Shown piece after piece: positions 8,421 through 17,396 of a DNA stretch of 41,087 nucleotides. The stretch is taken from positions 1-41,087 of the IMG/VR virus record IMGVR_UViG_3300031949_000413, one strand, 5' to 3'. Under the pieces are notes generated by a model. That model saw only the letters and a list, made by a program, of their open reading frames with translations. It searched no databases and had not been told where the DNA came from. The stretch comes from a virus. Lineage: Duplodnaviria > Heunggongvirae > Uroviricota > Caudoviricetes. The first letter of the stretch is position 1; each line of letters opens with the position of its first letter. A program made the translations under genes and the position numbers.

Positions 8421-9428
8421 CTACTTCTTAGGAATCCACTTGTCTACATTGTCTTTAGTGATCGTTAATGTACGCGGAAAGGCGCTGTCAGGAACAGGAA
8501 GGCCATGTTGCTTGTTATACAGCATGTGTAGGCCGATCCACTCTTCAGAAAAAGTATCTTGGCCCATCGTGCCAACAAACGTGCCATCCTTCACAGCCTG
8601 CAAAGTCGCAGGTGGCATATCGGTTGCCAAGAACAACGTCTTGAGTCCTGCCTGTACCTTTTCCTTCCACGGCTGTACCATCTGGCCCGCTGCACCCTCT
8701 GACCACCACAGCAATGTCAAGTCAGGGTGGGCTGATGTATACGAATCCAGCAATGTCGCCGCTGCTTGCACACTGCCATCGAACATACCAGACTCAACCA
8801 CCGTCACGTCTGGACACAGAACCTTGATCTGCTTATTAAACGCATCCATTCGCAACGAGACACCCGCGCCTGGATTTCCAATCGAGCCAACACTGCCCTT
8901 GCAATTGATGACCTTGGCGGCATACGTTGCCGCTTCGATCCCGAACCCGGCATTATCCGTGCCGACAAACCCAGAACGAGTCTTGAATGGGCTGTCAGTA
9001 TTGCCGATAATGATAGTGATGCCCTTCGCTTCGGCCTCTTTCACCAATGGTTCACCAGCAGTGAAATCCATTGCGTACCAGAAAACACCACAAGTGTTCG
9101 GGCTGGAAACCAATTGATCGAGTGTCTTGATCTGTTCAGCCAGATTCGGCTCTAGTGGCCCAACGAAATCAACCTTGACGCCAAGTTCCTTAGCCGCCGC
9201 GCTCCAACCCTCCAGACCAGGAACGTAGAACGGATTGGAATTGTTCGCCGCCAACCAAGAGTAGGTCGTGCATGACGGTAGCACAGTAGAGGCGACTACA
9301 GCCGGGGCTGAAGCTGTAGTCTTATCAGGGATAGACGCAGGCGTAGTCACTCGCCCAACAACCGCACCAACAGCGGCTCCTAACAATGTCACCAACGCAA
9401 CCAACAACTTAAACCTCTTCGTGGTCAT
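8421..9428 (-). CDS. Sugar ABC transporter substrate-binding protein (RbsB-like, type I)
   Basis: NPFY...G...AAKELGVKVDF, FVGTDNAGFG and TMGQDTF..G pattern; N-terminal hydrophobic anchor. Confidence 0.9.
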   Translation of the reverse strand: MTTKRFKLLVALVTLLGAAVGAVVGRVTTPASIPDKTTASAPAVVASTVLPSCTTYSWLAANNSNPFYVPGLEGWSAAAKELGVKVDFVGPLEPNLAEQIKTLDQLVSSPNTCGVFWYAMDFTAGEPLVKEAEAKGITIIIGNTDSPFKTRSGFVGTDNAGFGIEAATYAAKVINCKGSVGSIGNPGAGVSLRMDAFNKQIKVLCPDVTVVESGMFDGSVQAAATLLDSYTSAHPDLTLLWWSEGAAGQMVQPWKEKVQAGLKTLFLATDMPPATLQAVKDGTFVGTMGQDTFSEEWIGLHMLYNKQHGLPVPDSAFPRTLTITKDNVDKWIPKK

Positions 9429-10378
9429 TTCTTCTCTCCTAGATTGTGTGCCATGCGTGGCACATGAATTTTGTTACTGGTCGCATCCAGTATGAGCGCC
9501 AGTAGTAATACCCCGCCGATTAACAACTTCTGCCAATATGGGCTAACGCCTAGAATCGTTGCGGAATTCGTGAGCATATTCATCAGCAATAGACCCAATA
9601 GCCCCGATAGAACATTGCCTCGACCGCCACTCAGGGCACATCCGCCAATGACAGCAGCAGCAATAGCCCGCATAGTCATTCCGTCAACCGCATTCGGGCT
9701 TCCAGAATTGAGTCTCGATGCCAATACTACCCCAATAAAGGCTGATAGTAAGCCCATCATGACATACAGCTTGATCCCAATGCGCTCTACTTGCACTCCG
9801 AACAATCGCCCCGCTTCTGGATTCCCGCCCATGATATGGATATGCCTGCCAAAGCGTGTGAATGACAGAACAACCGCCATCACACCCAGAATGATAACTG
9901 CATACCAGACATAGATACGAATGTCTAGTATTCTAGCCTGTCCAATCACCTGAAAGGCATCTGGGAAACCGAAAGGACTAATCGCTCGTGTCAGGCCATA
10001 GGCAATTCCTGTACTCATCCACCATGTTCCGAGTGTTGCAATCAGTGGGTTGATCCGCAGTCGCATGACGAGCAGGCCATTTATCCAGCCCGCCATACCC
10101 CCGACTGCTAGTGCTACTATAACAGCTAACACCCACGGGACACCGGACACTATCAACTTTCCGCAAACCACACCCGACATTGCTACAACACCATCTACTG
10201 ATAAGTCAAACAGTCGCCCAACTAGCAGAAACGTCAGCCCTGCCATCGCAATGCTCTCTAAGGCCATATTGGAGAACATCGAACTTAGATTAGACCCTGA
10301 CACAAAATTGGGCGACAGCACCGCCATAAGCGCCATGAACGCCACGTTGACAGCCAGCAACCCAGCAATCCTACGCAT
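9425..10378 (-). CDS. Sugar ABC transporter permease (RbsC-like)
   Basis: Multi-TM; FDLSV, INPLIATLG, RFGRHIHIMGGNPEAGRLFG, IAAAVIGG. Confidence 0.93.
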   Translation of the reverse strand: MRRIAGLLAVNVAFMALMAVLSPNFVSGSNLSSMFSNMALESIAMAGLTFLLVGRLFDLSVDGVVAMSGVVCGKLIVSGVPWVLAVIVALAVGGMAGWINGLLVMRLRINPLIATLGTWWMSTGIAYGLTRAISPFGFPDAFQVIGQARILDIRIYVWYAVIILGVMAVVLSFTRFGRHIHIMGGNPEAGRLFGVQVERIGIKLYVMMGLLSAFIGVVLASRLNSGSPNAVDGMTMRAIAAAVIGGCALSGGRGNVLSGLLGLLLMNMLTNSATILGVSPYWQKLLIGGVLLLALILDATSNKIHVPRMAHNLGEKK

Positions 10379-11042
10379 CGAACACCTTGCCGTGGCGCAT
10401 AACAACCACCCTGTCAGCTATACGTCCAACTTCATCCTTACGATGGTTGATCAGCACTACCGACACACCATACTTCTTCAGGCTTCTGATAACTTCCAGC
10501 ACCTTGTCAGCGGACTCTGGACTTAGGCTGGCAGTAGGCTCGTCCATAATCACCAGCCTGGCTTGGAAGGCCATTGACCGTCCAATGGCAACCGCCTGTC
10601 GTTGCCCACCCGATAGAGTCTGTACCAATTGACGCACGTCACTAATATCAATAGCAAGACGCTCGATCAGTAGCCTCGTTTGAACGTCCATCTGCTTGCG
10701 AGCCAGAAAGTTAAATGGCCCATAAGACAGCTCCCGCCCCATGAACACGTTGCCGGTAACATCCAGGTTGTCAGCCAATGCCAAGTCCTGATACACCATC
10801 TCTATTCCCAGCCGTCTCGCATCCTCTGGGCTATCAATCCGACAGGGTTGGCCGTCCATCAGGATATGTCCACCGTCAGCCGTGTATGCCCCGCTCAACA
10901 CCTTCATCAATGTTGACTTGCCCGCCGCGTTGTCGCCTACCAACCCCAGTATCTCGTCGGACTCAATAGACAAGTCCACACCGTCGAGCGCCTTGACTGC
11001 TCCGAACGTCTTGTAGATGTCGAGCATCTCGACTAGACTCAT
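10371..11042 (-). CDS. Sugar ABC transporter ATP-binding protein, single NBD
   Basis: Walker A GDNAAGKST, signature LSGGQ, Walker B IMDEP, H-loop INH. Confidence 0.93.
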   Translation of the reverse strand: MSLVEMLDIYKTFGAVKALDGVDLSIESDEILGLVGDNAAGKSTLMKVLSGAYTADGGHILMDGQPCRIDSPEDARRLGIEMVYQDLALADNLDVTGNVFMGRELSYGPFNFLARKQMDVQTRLLIERLAIDISDVRQLVQTLSGGQRQAVAIGRSMAFQARLVIMDEPTASLSPESADKVLEVIRSLKKYGVSVVLINHRKDEVGRIADRVVVMRHGKVFDA

Positions 11043-11728
11043 AGCCTCGGCTCACTCTTGAGATTCTGAAACGTCCAGCCATTAGGCGTGTTCCGCAAAC
11101 ATGCTATACCAACCATATCCAGCACTTCTTGTGGCGTATAGCCATCCCGCCTTAAATCGAATACCGTCTGAGCGCCGCCCGTCTTGGACATATCGCCATC
11201 CTTCCATCGTAAACGTGGCAGGTAAATGTGCTTTGGCCTCGGCAGGCCGAACCGTTCGCAGTAGTATTGATACAGACTATACTCGCTCAACAAGTCTATG
11301 CCACGAATCAGCAGATTGACACCTTCCATCCAGTCCATGACAACCTTCTCGGCAGTCAACATCGGCGTCAGCGGATAGAGCAATATGTCATTTCCAATCA
11401 GTTCTGGGATAACCTCTGGCGGGTTCTTGTCCAACAAGACATCGGCACGCTTAGACAAATATTCATGTACTTCATCAATGATGTCACTCTGCTTGATCCA
11501 CTTATCTGGTTCAAAGCCTAGCCATTCCAAGTCGTCGCGTTGTCCCTTAAGGATCAGTTCGGTCTTGGCGCGACCTAGCGTGACAAGGCGAATCGGATGC
11601 GAATCATCCCACCGCACAATGAACTTTCCACCCGTCTCGTGTGCAACCGACTCATTGATAAGTCCCGTATAAATATGCCCCAGATGGAGTGGGCCATTAA
11701 CCGAGGTGTTTAGTCTGGTGCTATACAT
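11039..11728 (-). CDS. Minimal glutamyl-tRNA synthetase-like (GluQ-like) HIGH-superfamily enzyme
   Basis: NGPLHLGH (HIGH), FIVRWDD, WLG..PD....QS, D...GV..LIRG.DL, MSKT (KMSKS-like), LRRDGYTP. No anticodon-binding domain. Confidence 0.75.
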   Translation of the reverse strand: MYSTRLNTSVNGPLHLGHIYTGLINESVAHETGGKFIVRWDDSHPIRLVTLGRAKTELILKGQRDDLEWLGFEPDKWIKQSDIIDEVHEYLSKRADVLLDKNPPEVIPELIGNDILLYPLTPMLTAEKVVMDWMEGVNLLIRGIDLLSEYSLYQYYCERFGLPRPKHIYLPRLRWKDGDMSKTGGAQTVFDLRRDGYTPQEVLDMVGIACLRNTPNGWTFQNLKSEPRL

Positions 11729-12653
11729 TGCGCGCCGCTCTCCACTTTGCCATAGACTCTGAAAAGGCGTTGAACATCCAATCTTCCATCTGGCGATACT
11801 TAGTCATGAAATGGATCGGGCCACACAGGAATCCGCGAAAGCCCTCCGCAATAGCCCTGTCGGTGTTTACCAGTAATCCCCTGGCATGTTCCGATCCACC
11901 AAACATTGATAACCCCAGCCGTTGCATATCAGCCAAGTTCTTGTCTTCACCTTTCACATCATTCCGAAACTGGGTGTAGGATATGGCATAGTGTTTGTAG
12001 TCTGGAAACTTGTCACGTGTCGCCTGATAGAGCATTTCAGCATATTCTGTACCGGCTGTTCCTTGATAGTCGAACGCATGATGGAAGCACGTCCACAGCT
12101 CATGACTGTCATGAGCCGAGTAAAAGATAGCCTGTTCTTCGATCAGTATCTTAAACATTGTCTCTATGTATGACCCGTCCAGGCGATACGGATACTTTGA
12201 GTCGTGAGGGAACATCGCCTCCGCGCCATGTGTAGTAGCCCGGAAACACATCACGTCCGGCGCAGACACCTTCTCACAGAACCGAACAATGAAAGCCAGA
12301 TGATATGCCCATCCTTCCGCCAACCACGGCGACAAGACACGCTCTCGAAACTTCCCAACATAGGTCTTACCGTCGAGCATCTTCATGTACCACTCGTCTG
12401 GAAAATACTTCGGGGGTTTGTCATAGGTTGCCCACAGGCACTTCATACCCGCCTGTCGAGTCATCTCAATGGCGCTCTCGGTCTCGCCCCACTCGTAGTA
12501 GCCCATACTTGTTTCAATGCTCCCCCAATATGGGTAACGCACAATTGTCTGAATGCCAATATCGCGCAGACGCTTCAAGTCATCCAGCGTGAACTTGCCG
12601 CCGTACTGGTCTTCCATCAGCAGGATATATTCGTCGTCTTGAATGAACTTCAT
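11721..12653 (-). CDS. Glycoside hydrolase-like TIM barrel (GH42/GH14-like), paralog B
   Basis: GIQTIV.YPYWGSIETSMGYYEWG, THGAEAMFP and GGSEHARGL; clearly similar to 7220-8290. Confidence 0.65.
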   Translation of the reverse strand: MKFIQDDEYILLMEDQYGGKFTLDDLKRLRDIGIQTIVRYPYWGSIETSMGYYEWGETESAIEMTRQAGMKCLWATYDKPPKYFPDEWYMKMLDGKTYVGKFRERVLSPWLAEGWAYHLAFIVRFCEKVSAPDVMCFRATTHGAEAMFPHDSKYPYRLDGSYIETMFKILIEEQAIFYSAHDSHELWTCFHHAFDYQGTAGTEYAEMLYQATRDKFPDYKHYAISYTQFRNDVKGEDKNLADMQRLGLSMFGGSEHARGLLVNTDRAIAEGFRGFLCGPIHFMTKYRQMEDWMFNAFSESMAKWRAARNV

Positions 12654-12693
12654 GATCGGTTCTCTATAGCATCATCAAATGGGTCATGTTCTT

Positions 12694-12996
12694 TCATTTC
12701 GGCAACTCTGCTACTGTTGGCGCTTCTGGAAATGGCATCCAAGCATAAACCCTGTCTGGATATGTCATTCCAACCCAGCCTTCACTTGTAGGACTTATCA
12801 TCTTTTCGTATTCATCCCAGTAGTCATCTTGTACGAACATCTTGCCCGTTGTTACAGTAATACATGACACCCAACAGCGGGCTCTATCTTCCGGCATTTG
12901 ATCTTTACAATATATCCAGCTGCTCACAGTCACTCCTTCACTTGCAACTTGGTATAGGAACTCCATCATAGAATAACTTATTACACCTGGCAACAA
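12694..12996 (-). CDS. DUF551-like phage protein
   Basis: WIYCKDQMPE...VYAWMPFPEAP pattern; start uncertain. Confidence 0.65.
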   Translation of the reverse strand: MLPGVISYSMMEFLYQVASEGVTVSSWIYCKDQMPEDRARCWVSCITVTTGKMFVQDDYWDEYEKMISPTSEGWVGMTYPDRVYAWMPFPEAPTVAELPK

Positions 12997-13014
12997 CTTC
13001 TTGTTCTGTCAGTC

Positions 13015-13677
13015 CTACTTCTTCTTGAGAATTATCCACTTCCACACCTCGCTGATACCTGCTTCAAGTCCAATTCCGAGTACATCCCACTTAACGGTAT
13101 CAATTCCTTCTGTCAGTTCCTCAATGGTGTAGCCACGCACCATAATTGTATTGTCATCAGGCCAGTCCGCCACAGTCGGCGTAATGTGAATCTGTGTCAG
13201 AAACACACCACCCGGGACTAGGATATGCCATGCTTCTTCCAAATACTTCCAGAATGAAACACGGGGCATGTGCTGGTACACTAAATGGCTTACTACAGCA
13301 TCGAAGAATGGGGGTAGGCCAACAAGAGTTGGAGTGCAAACGTAGGAAATGTTAGGACGACTTGCATATTCAAGCGCCAAGTCAATCATATTGTCCGATA
13401 CATCAGTCGCCCATACCGATGTCACCAAGTCAGCCCAGTGCATAGCACATCGGCCAACACCTGTTCCCACCTCTAGCAGTCTCCATTCTGTCTTGACGGC
13501 GATACCAACCCCAGCCAGCGCATCACACATATCTTCAACGTGTTTCTTGCCGGAAGAGTAGAACAGCTCACGACTGCCTTCATACCTATCCAAGATCGCG
13601 CTCCAAGCACCTTTCTCAGTCTTGGCTCTCTCGTCCCAGTCTGCCTTCATCTTGTCCTGTATGGTCACTTTACCCAA
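13015..13677 (-). CDS. Class I SAM-dependent methyltransferase (not a DNA MTase type)
   Basis: LLEVGTGVGR, ATDVSDNMI, FDAVVSHLVYQH and LVPGG motifs. Confidence 0.85.
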   Translation of the reverse strand: MGKVTIQDKMKADWDERAKTEKGAWSAILDRYEGSRELFYSSGKKHVEDMCDALAGVGIAVKTEWRLLEVGTGVGRCAMHWADLVTSVWATDVSDNMIDLALEYASRPNISYVCTPTLVGLPPFFDAVVSHLVYQHMPRVSFWKYLEEAWHILVPGGVFLTQIHITPTVADWPDDNTIMVRGYTIEELTEGIDTVKWDVLGIGLEAGISEVWKWIILKKK

Positions 13678-14471
13678 ACTCCATCCTGATATGTGCGAAT
13701 GTCGGCATCGAATGGAACATTTCGCGGCTCGGTTTCAGGCCACGTCAATTTCCATGTAACACCCTCTGGTATTGGCTTGGCATGAACACCACTCCATACA
13801 CCTTCGTTTAAGAAAGCGTGTCCGCGTTGTAAATAGAGCCTGCTCCGAAATAACATACGATCATGAACAATGTGCCTGTCCCATTGCTTCCTAAAGCCCG
13901 TATAGGCCATGTTTTCATGCCATGCACCTTCCCACTTCACTACACCCGGCCTGTGTATTCTAGCATGAGCCAGCCAATCGCTGTACTCTGGATAGCAATG
14001 TTGCTCATCTCCGACCAGTGTCAGCCATTTAGGACACACATTGGTAACATCTGATGGCAAACCTTCAAGGTATGCCCTAATATCATTGGCAAACTCTAAT
14101 GAACACACTTCATCTGAATCTATCCACACGATCCAATCAGGCTGTTCTTGATCCTGTGACATGCGTTCCAGTATCCAATTGCGCTGGTCGGCTGGACTGA
14201 CAAACGGATGTTCAAAAAGCTTCAGCCACACATCATTCCAAGAACCGCCCAAATACTCGCCGGTTCTGTGATATTTAGTGATCATATTGCGTCTGTCTAA
14301 TAACCACCCGCCAAGTGGCACTGTATGTCTAGGATGATAGCAAATCGTACCACTACCCAGGCCACCATCTACTAGGTATATCTTGTCAGAGAAATATGCC
14401 AACGATGTAAGCGCATCGGGAAGAACTTGCACTTCGTCGGGCTGGCTGATGATGTAGCTGTGAATTATCAT
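13665..14471 (-). CDS. GT2-like glycosyltransferase
   Basis: YLVDGG, QRNWIL, WIVWIDSDE, WEGAWHE. Confidence 0.65.
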   Translation of the reverse strand: MIIHSYIISQPDEVQVLPDALTSLAYFSDKIYLVDGGLGSGTICYHPRHTVPLGGWLLDRRNMITKYHRTGEYLGGSWNDVWLKLFEHPFVSPADQRNWILERMSQDQEQPDWIVWIDSDEVCSLEFANDIRAYLEGLPSDVTNVCPKWLTLVGDEQHCYPEYSDWLAHARIHRPGVVKWEGAWHENMAYTGFRKQWDRHIVHDRMLFRSRLYLQRGHAFLNEGVWSGVHAKPIPEGVTWKLTWPETEPRNVPFDADIRTYQDGVWVK

Positions 14472-14475
14472 GGCT

Positions 14476-14503
14476 AGTATGCGCGTGGACTGTTTATGGT
14501 CAA
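14476..14503 (-). promoter_or_regulatory. Promoter/operator motif copy
   Basis: TTGACC-N16-CATACT with box AGTCC-ACGCGC-ATACT; ATG lies 4 nt downstream. Confidence 0.65.
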
Positions 14504-14707
14504 CTACTTGTTGCGTCTCTGTAACTGATCTCGTCGCTCTTTCAGTAGTCGCTGGTCAGCAATATTGTGTCCGTAGTCGGAGCTCCACCGAATGATCACA
14601 TACATTACTAATCCAACAACCACAATGACTAGCACTATTCCTAGGACTGGCACTAGGCTGGTCAGGTCAATCGACTTCAATGAATCAAAAACATCTTTAA
14701 TAGACAT
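14504..14707 (-). CDS. Small single-TM membrane protein
   Basis: GGAGG RBS; hydrophobic stretch LVPVLGIVLVIVVVGLVMYVII. Confidence 0.65.
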   Translation of the reverse strand: MSIKDVFDSLKSIDLTSLVPVLGIVLVIVVVGLVMYVIIRWSSDYGHNIADQRLLKERRDQLQRRNK

Positions 14708-14725
14708 GGCTAACCTCCATCTCAA

Positions 14726-14902
14726 TCAGCCACAAAACCATGTGTCAGTTTCGTCAGTAGACACCACAATGGGGACATCAGACTCTCCCAGCGACTTGCG
14801 CTGTTCACGACTCATTAGCAGGAATGTCGCCTCGTGAGAATTAGCAAACATGGTTCTGATCTTCTGATCAGCTATATCTTGAATGCTGTCTTTTTTACTC
14901 AT
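14726..14902 (-). CDS. Hypothetical protein, 58 aa (not in the ORF track)
   Basis: ATGA overlap with the upstream stop; MSKKDSIQDIADQK...WFCG*. Confidence 0.55.
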   Translation of the reverse strand: MSKKDSIQDIADQKIRTMFANSHEATFLLMSREQRKSLGESDVPIVVSTDETDTWFCG

Positions 14903-15105
14903 GTCGGCTTCTTGACTTTCTCGTACTCGTATATAAATCGAACGTCATCAACACTTTCATTGCCCGTATATTGGAATGTTCCATTGTTGCGCACCCACAC
15001 CATGTTCCACTTTGGGTCTTTAATGTCATATTTTAGCGAGTCACTATTGAACTCGTAAGTCCTAACCCAGTACGCACCATCTTCAGTCGGGTAGCCTAGC
15101 GTCAT
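14899..15105 (-). CDS. Hypothetical protein
   Basis: ATG 15105 overlaps the stop of the upstream GT. Confidence 0.55.
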   Translation of the reverse strand: MTLGYPTEDGAYWVRTYEFNSDSLKYDIKDPKWNMVWVRNNGTFQYTGNESVDDVRFIYEYEKVKKPT

Positions 15106-15947
15106 GTCAACAGACTCCAATCGACCTCATAGTGGGTCTTGCCTATCAGTCGTTTAGCACACTCTGGCAACAAATCCATAAAAGGCGATGTCTTGCTAGT
15201 CCATCTCTGGTCTGACCACCACTCGTCTTTAGTGGCCTCAATCTTGTCAGCATCAGCCTTGTAATTGCCATACTTCACCGGGTCTGTCCATAGATTTGTG
15301 CCCGCATTTTGTCGCATGGCAATATAATGATCCCTGAAGAAGTCATGCAAATGAACAATCGGCGCTGATGGCTGCACATCGAAAGTCTTGAACCTATACC
15401 ACTTAAAAGTCCAGGCGTCATGCTCGAATGCTGTATCAGGGCGCATCTTGATAAGCTTGAAACTTGAATTGTAGCCTGCGCCCGATTGCCAATCATACGT
15501 CGAAGTATCATTGCCACCTTGGTATTGCTGTGCATTAAATTCAGTGTGCAGAACCTTGAATTTGAATGCCTCGATACCCTTCTGTGCCAAGTCCTGCCAA
15601 TTATACTGCAACCAGTTGTAAAGATGTGGAGAAATAACCTCGTCAGCCTGTAGGTTGAACGCAAATTCAGTTTGTACTTGTGATAGACAAAATTGGCTTG
15701 CTTCTCCAATGGCAGAACCATCAGGCGAAGTGCTAGGCCACACATGCCATACATCCCTAACTTTTAGGCCATACTTGGGACTATTGCAAATGGCCTTCAC
15801 CAACTCAAGAGTATCTGGATCGCTGTTAGGATCAACACACAAAATGGCCTCGTCCACCAAGTCGATAATGGATAATACGCTCTCAAGAGCAGGATAACCA
15901 AGCATACAGACGTTCTTCCACACACACATGGCTGTCAAGCTGTACAC
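15102..15947 (-). CDS. GT2-like glycosyltransferase
   Basis: N...LGYPALESVLSIIDLVDE..L.VD..S.D.T and FAFNLQADE. Confidence 0.7.
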   Translation of the reverse strand: MYSLTAMCVWKNVCMLGYPALESVLSIIDLVDEAILCVDPNSDPDTLELVKAICNSPKYGLKVRDVWHVWPSTSPDGSAIGEASQFCLSQVQTEFAFNLQADEVISPHLYNWLQYNWQDLAQKGIEAFKFKVLHTEFNAQQYQGGNDTSTYDWQSGAGYNSSFKLIKMRPDTAFEHDAWTFKWYRFKTFDVQPSAPIVHLHDFFRDHYIAMRQNAGTNLWTDPVKYGNYKADADKIEATKDEWWSDQRWTSKTSPFMDLLPECAKRLIGKTHYEVDWSLLT

Positions 15948-16022
15948 GCAAGTCCCCCTATATAACTACACCCATACTGCCCATGACATCGAGTTATTTA
16001 TAGAGCCACACCACCAATAAGA

Positions 16023-16280
16023 TCACCTGTTTCTATCTCTGTTGTAACGCACTTGTTCCCTGTATTGATAGGCTCTATCATTTGGATTCATTTCATCAAA
16101 TTCCGTGTCGGGAACGCTATTTGTATACTTTCCATTCCAGTCATGACCACATCTTGCACAAGAATAGTGAATGTATAATTTTTTATCACGATGTGCTTCT
16201 CCATCAGAACCCATAGATACGATGTATGAAGTTCGATGCTCCTCATTGACATTTTCACTGCTGCATAATGGGCATTTCAT
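16023..16280 (-). CDS. Zn-ribbon hypothetical protein
   Basis: CPLC...CARC. Confidence 0.6.
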   Translation of the reverse strand: MKCPLCSSENVNEEHRTSYIVSMGSDGEAHRDKKLYIHYSCARCGHDWNGKYTNSVPDTEFDEMNPNDRAYQYREQVRYNRDRNR

Positions 16281-16287
16281 GATAGCT

Positions 16288-16554
16288 CTACTCCTTCACG
16301 TTTTTCTTCCGCGTCTGTTGGCTCAAGTCCACTTCCTCTGGCACACCCGCCTCACGCTGTTCGACTTTAGCCATAATAGTAAAAGGCGCTAGGCATATCT
16401 CACAAAAGTATGTGGTGATTATAGCGTAGGACTCATCATTGACAACTGGCATGGCGGGCGATGACACAAAGATACGTGTGCCTTCACAGCGTGGACACAC
16501 AGTGGGCCTGGACTTCGGTTGTGGTTTCTTATCCATCAGCCAGCACCATATCAA
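16288..16554 (-). CDS. Zn-ribbon hypothetical protein
   Basis: CPRC...CEIC; start uncertain. Confidence 0.55.
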   Translation of the reverse strand: MIWCWLMDKKPQPKSRPTVCPRCEGTRIFVSSPAMPVVNDESYAIITTYFCEICLAPFTIMAKVEQREAGVPEEVDLSQQTRKKNVKE

Positions 16555-16813
16555 TCTCGTCGCGCAACGTCTTTAGTTCGGCCTTGCTCATGGTTGATAC
16601 ATCCAGCGAGTCTCGCCACACCAACATAGCGGCGGGCCAATATCCAGCTTTCTTAGCATCTCTGATACTGTTCCTAAGAGCAGAAATCTCTTGCGAACTA
16701 TCACTCTTAACAATGAACACCACTATGTCACCCGTGGCTGGCGACACCTTCTTCAGAGCGAACTTAACACGCTGAATCAATCTGCCCTTATCGTTCGGAA
16801 CTGGTCTAGCCAT
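16529..16813 (-). CDS. Hypothetical protein
   Basis: 94-aa ORF in a co-directional run. Confidence 0.55.
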   Translation of the reverse strand: MARPVPNDKGRLIQRVKFALKKVSPATGDIVVFIVKSDSSQEISALRNSIRDAKKAGYWPAAMLVWRDSLDVSTMSKAELKTLRDEIDMVLADG

Positions 16814-16817
16814 TGCA

Positions 16818-17030
16818 CTATATCCTTATTCCCAATCCGTAAATCTCATTAACCAAGGCCACGATTTTACGCGCAATGACTTTGGACACCTTCTTGGTAT
16901 TGAAAGATACACCCATAGCATATCCCTCGGCTGAATATCCACCATTCACAAAGAATGTGCCATCTTCATCCTTCTTAACAGATAACGATACGTCCTGAAT
17001 ACTAGTTGTCACTGACAGCACTCCTGGCAC
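16818..17030 (-). CDS. Hypothetical protein
   Basis: 70-aa ORF in a co-directional run. Confidence 0.5.
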   Translation of the reverse strand: MPGVLSVTTSIQDVSLSVKKDEDGTFFVNGGYSAEGYAMGVSFNTKKVSKVIARKIVALVNEIYGLGIRI

Positions 17031-17177
17031 TCACATACACAGCATCGCTGGTGTCGCTTGTACTGAGAACGGTATATGTCCTACTAGGATCAGAAATCCA
17101 TCCGTGCGGTGCAGACGGCGAGTCATATTGGTAAATATGACCACTCTCTAGGTCGCCACTCGTGGTCTCACCGCTGC

Positions 17178-17378
17178 TCAGAAAGGGCGTACTGCAATCT
17201 CCAACTGGTCGATCTGTCCGAGATATTCTACAGGAATGTCACGCCCAGCCAGCATGATAGCCATCTGACTATCTTTTGCCAGTACAGTAGAGACGCCAAC
17301 TACCATCTTGTCCTTCTGGCCGTCTTTAGCCTGCTGCTCGGTCGGATGCCACAGAATTGCAAATTGAAACAATTTCAT
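17178..17378 (-). CDS. Small phage hypothetical protein
   Basis: AAGGAG RBS; 66 aa. Confidence 0.65.
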   Translation of the reverse strand: MKLFQFAILWHPTEQQAKDGQKDKMVVGVSTVLAKDSQMAIMLAGRDIPVEYLGQIDQLEIAVRPF

Positions 17379-17396
17379 TGCTATTTCTCCTTTGTG

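Noticed and set aside
11039-11728. Housekeeping gltX
   Set aside because: It is about half the normal length and has no anticodon-binding domain.
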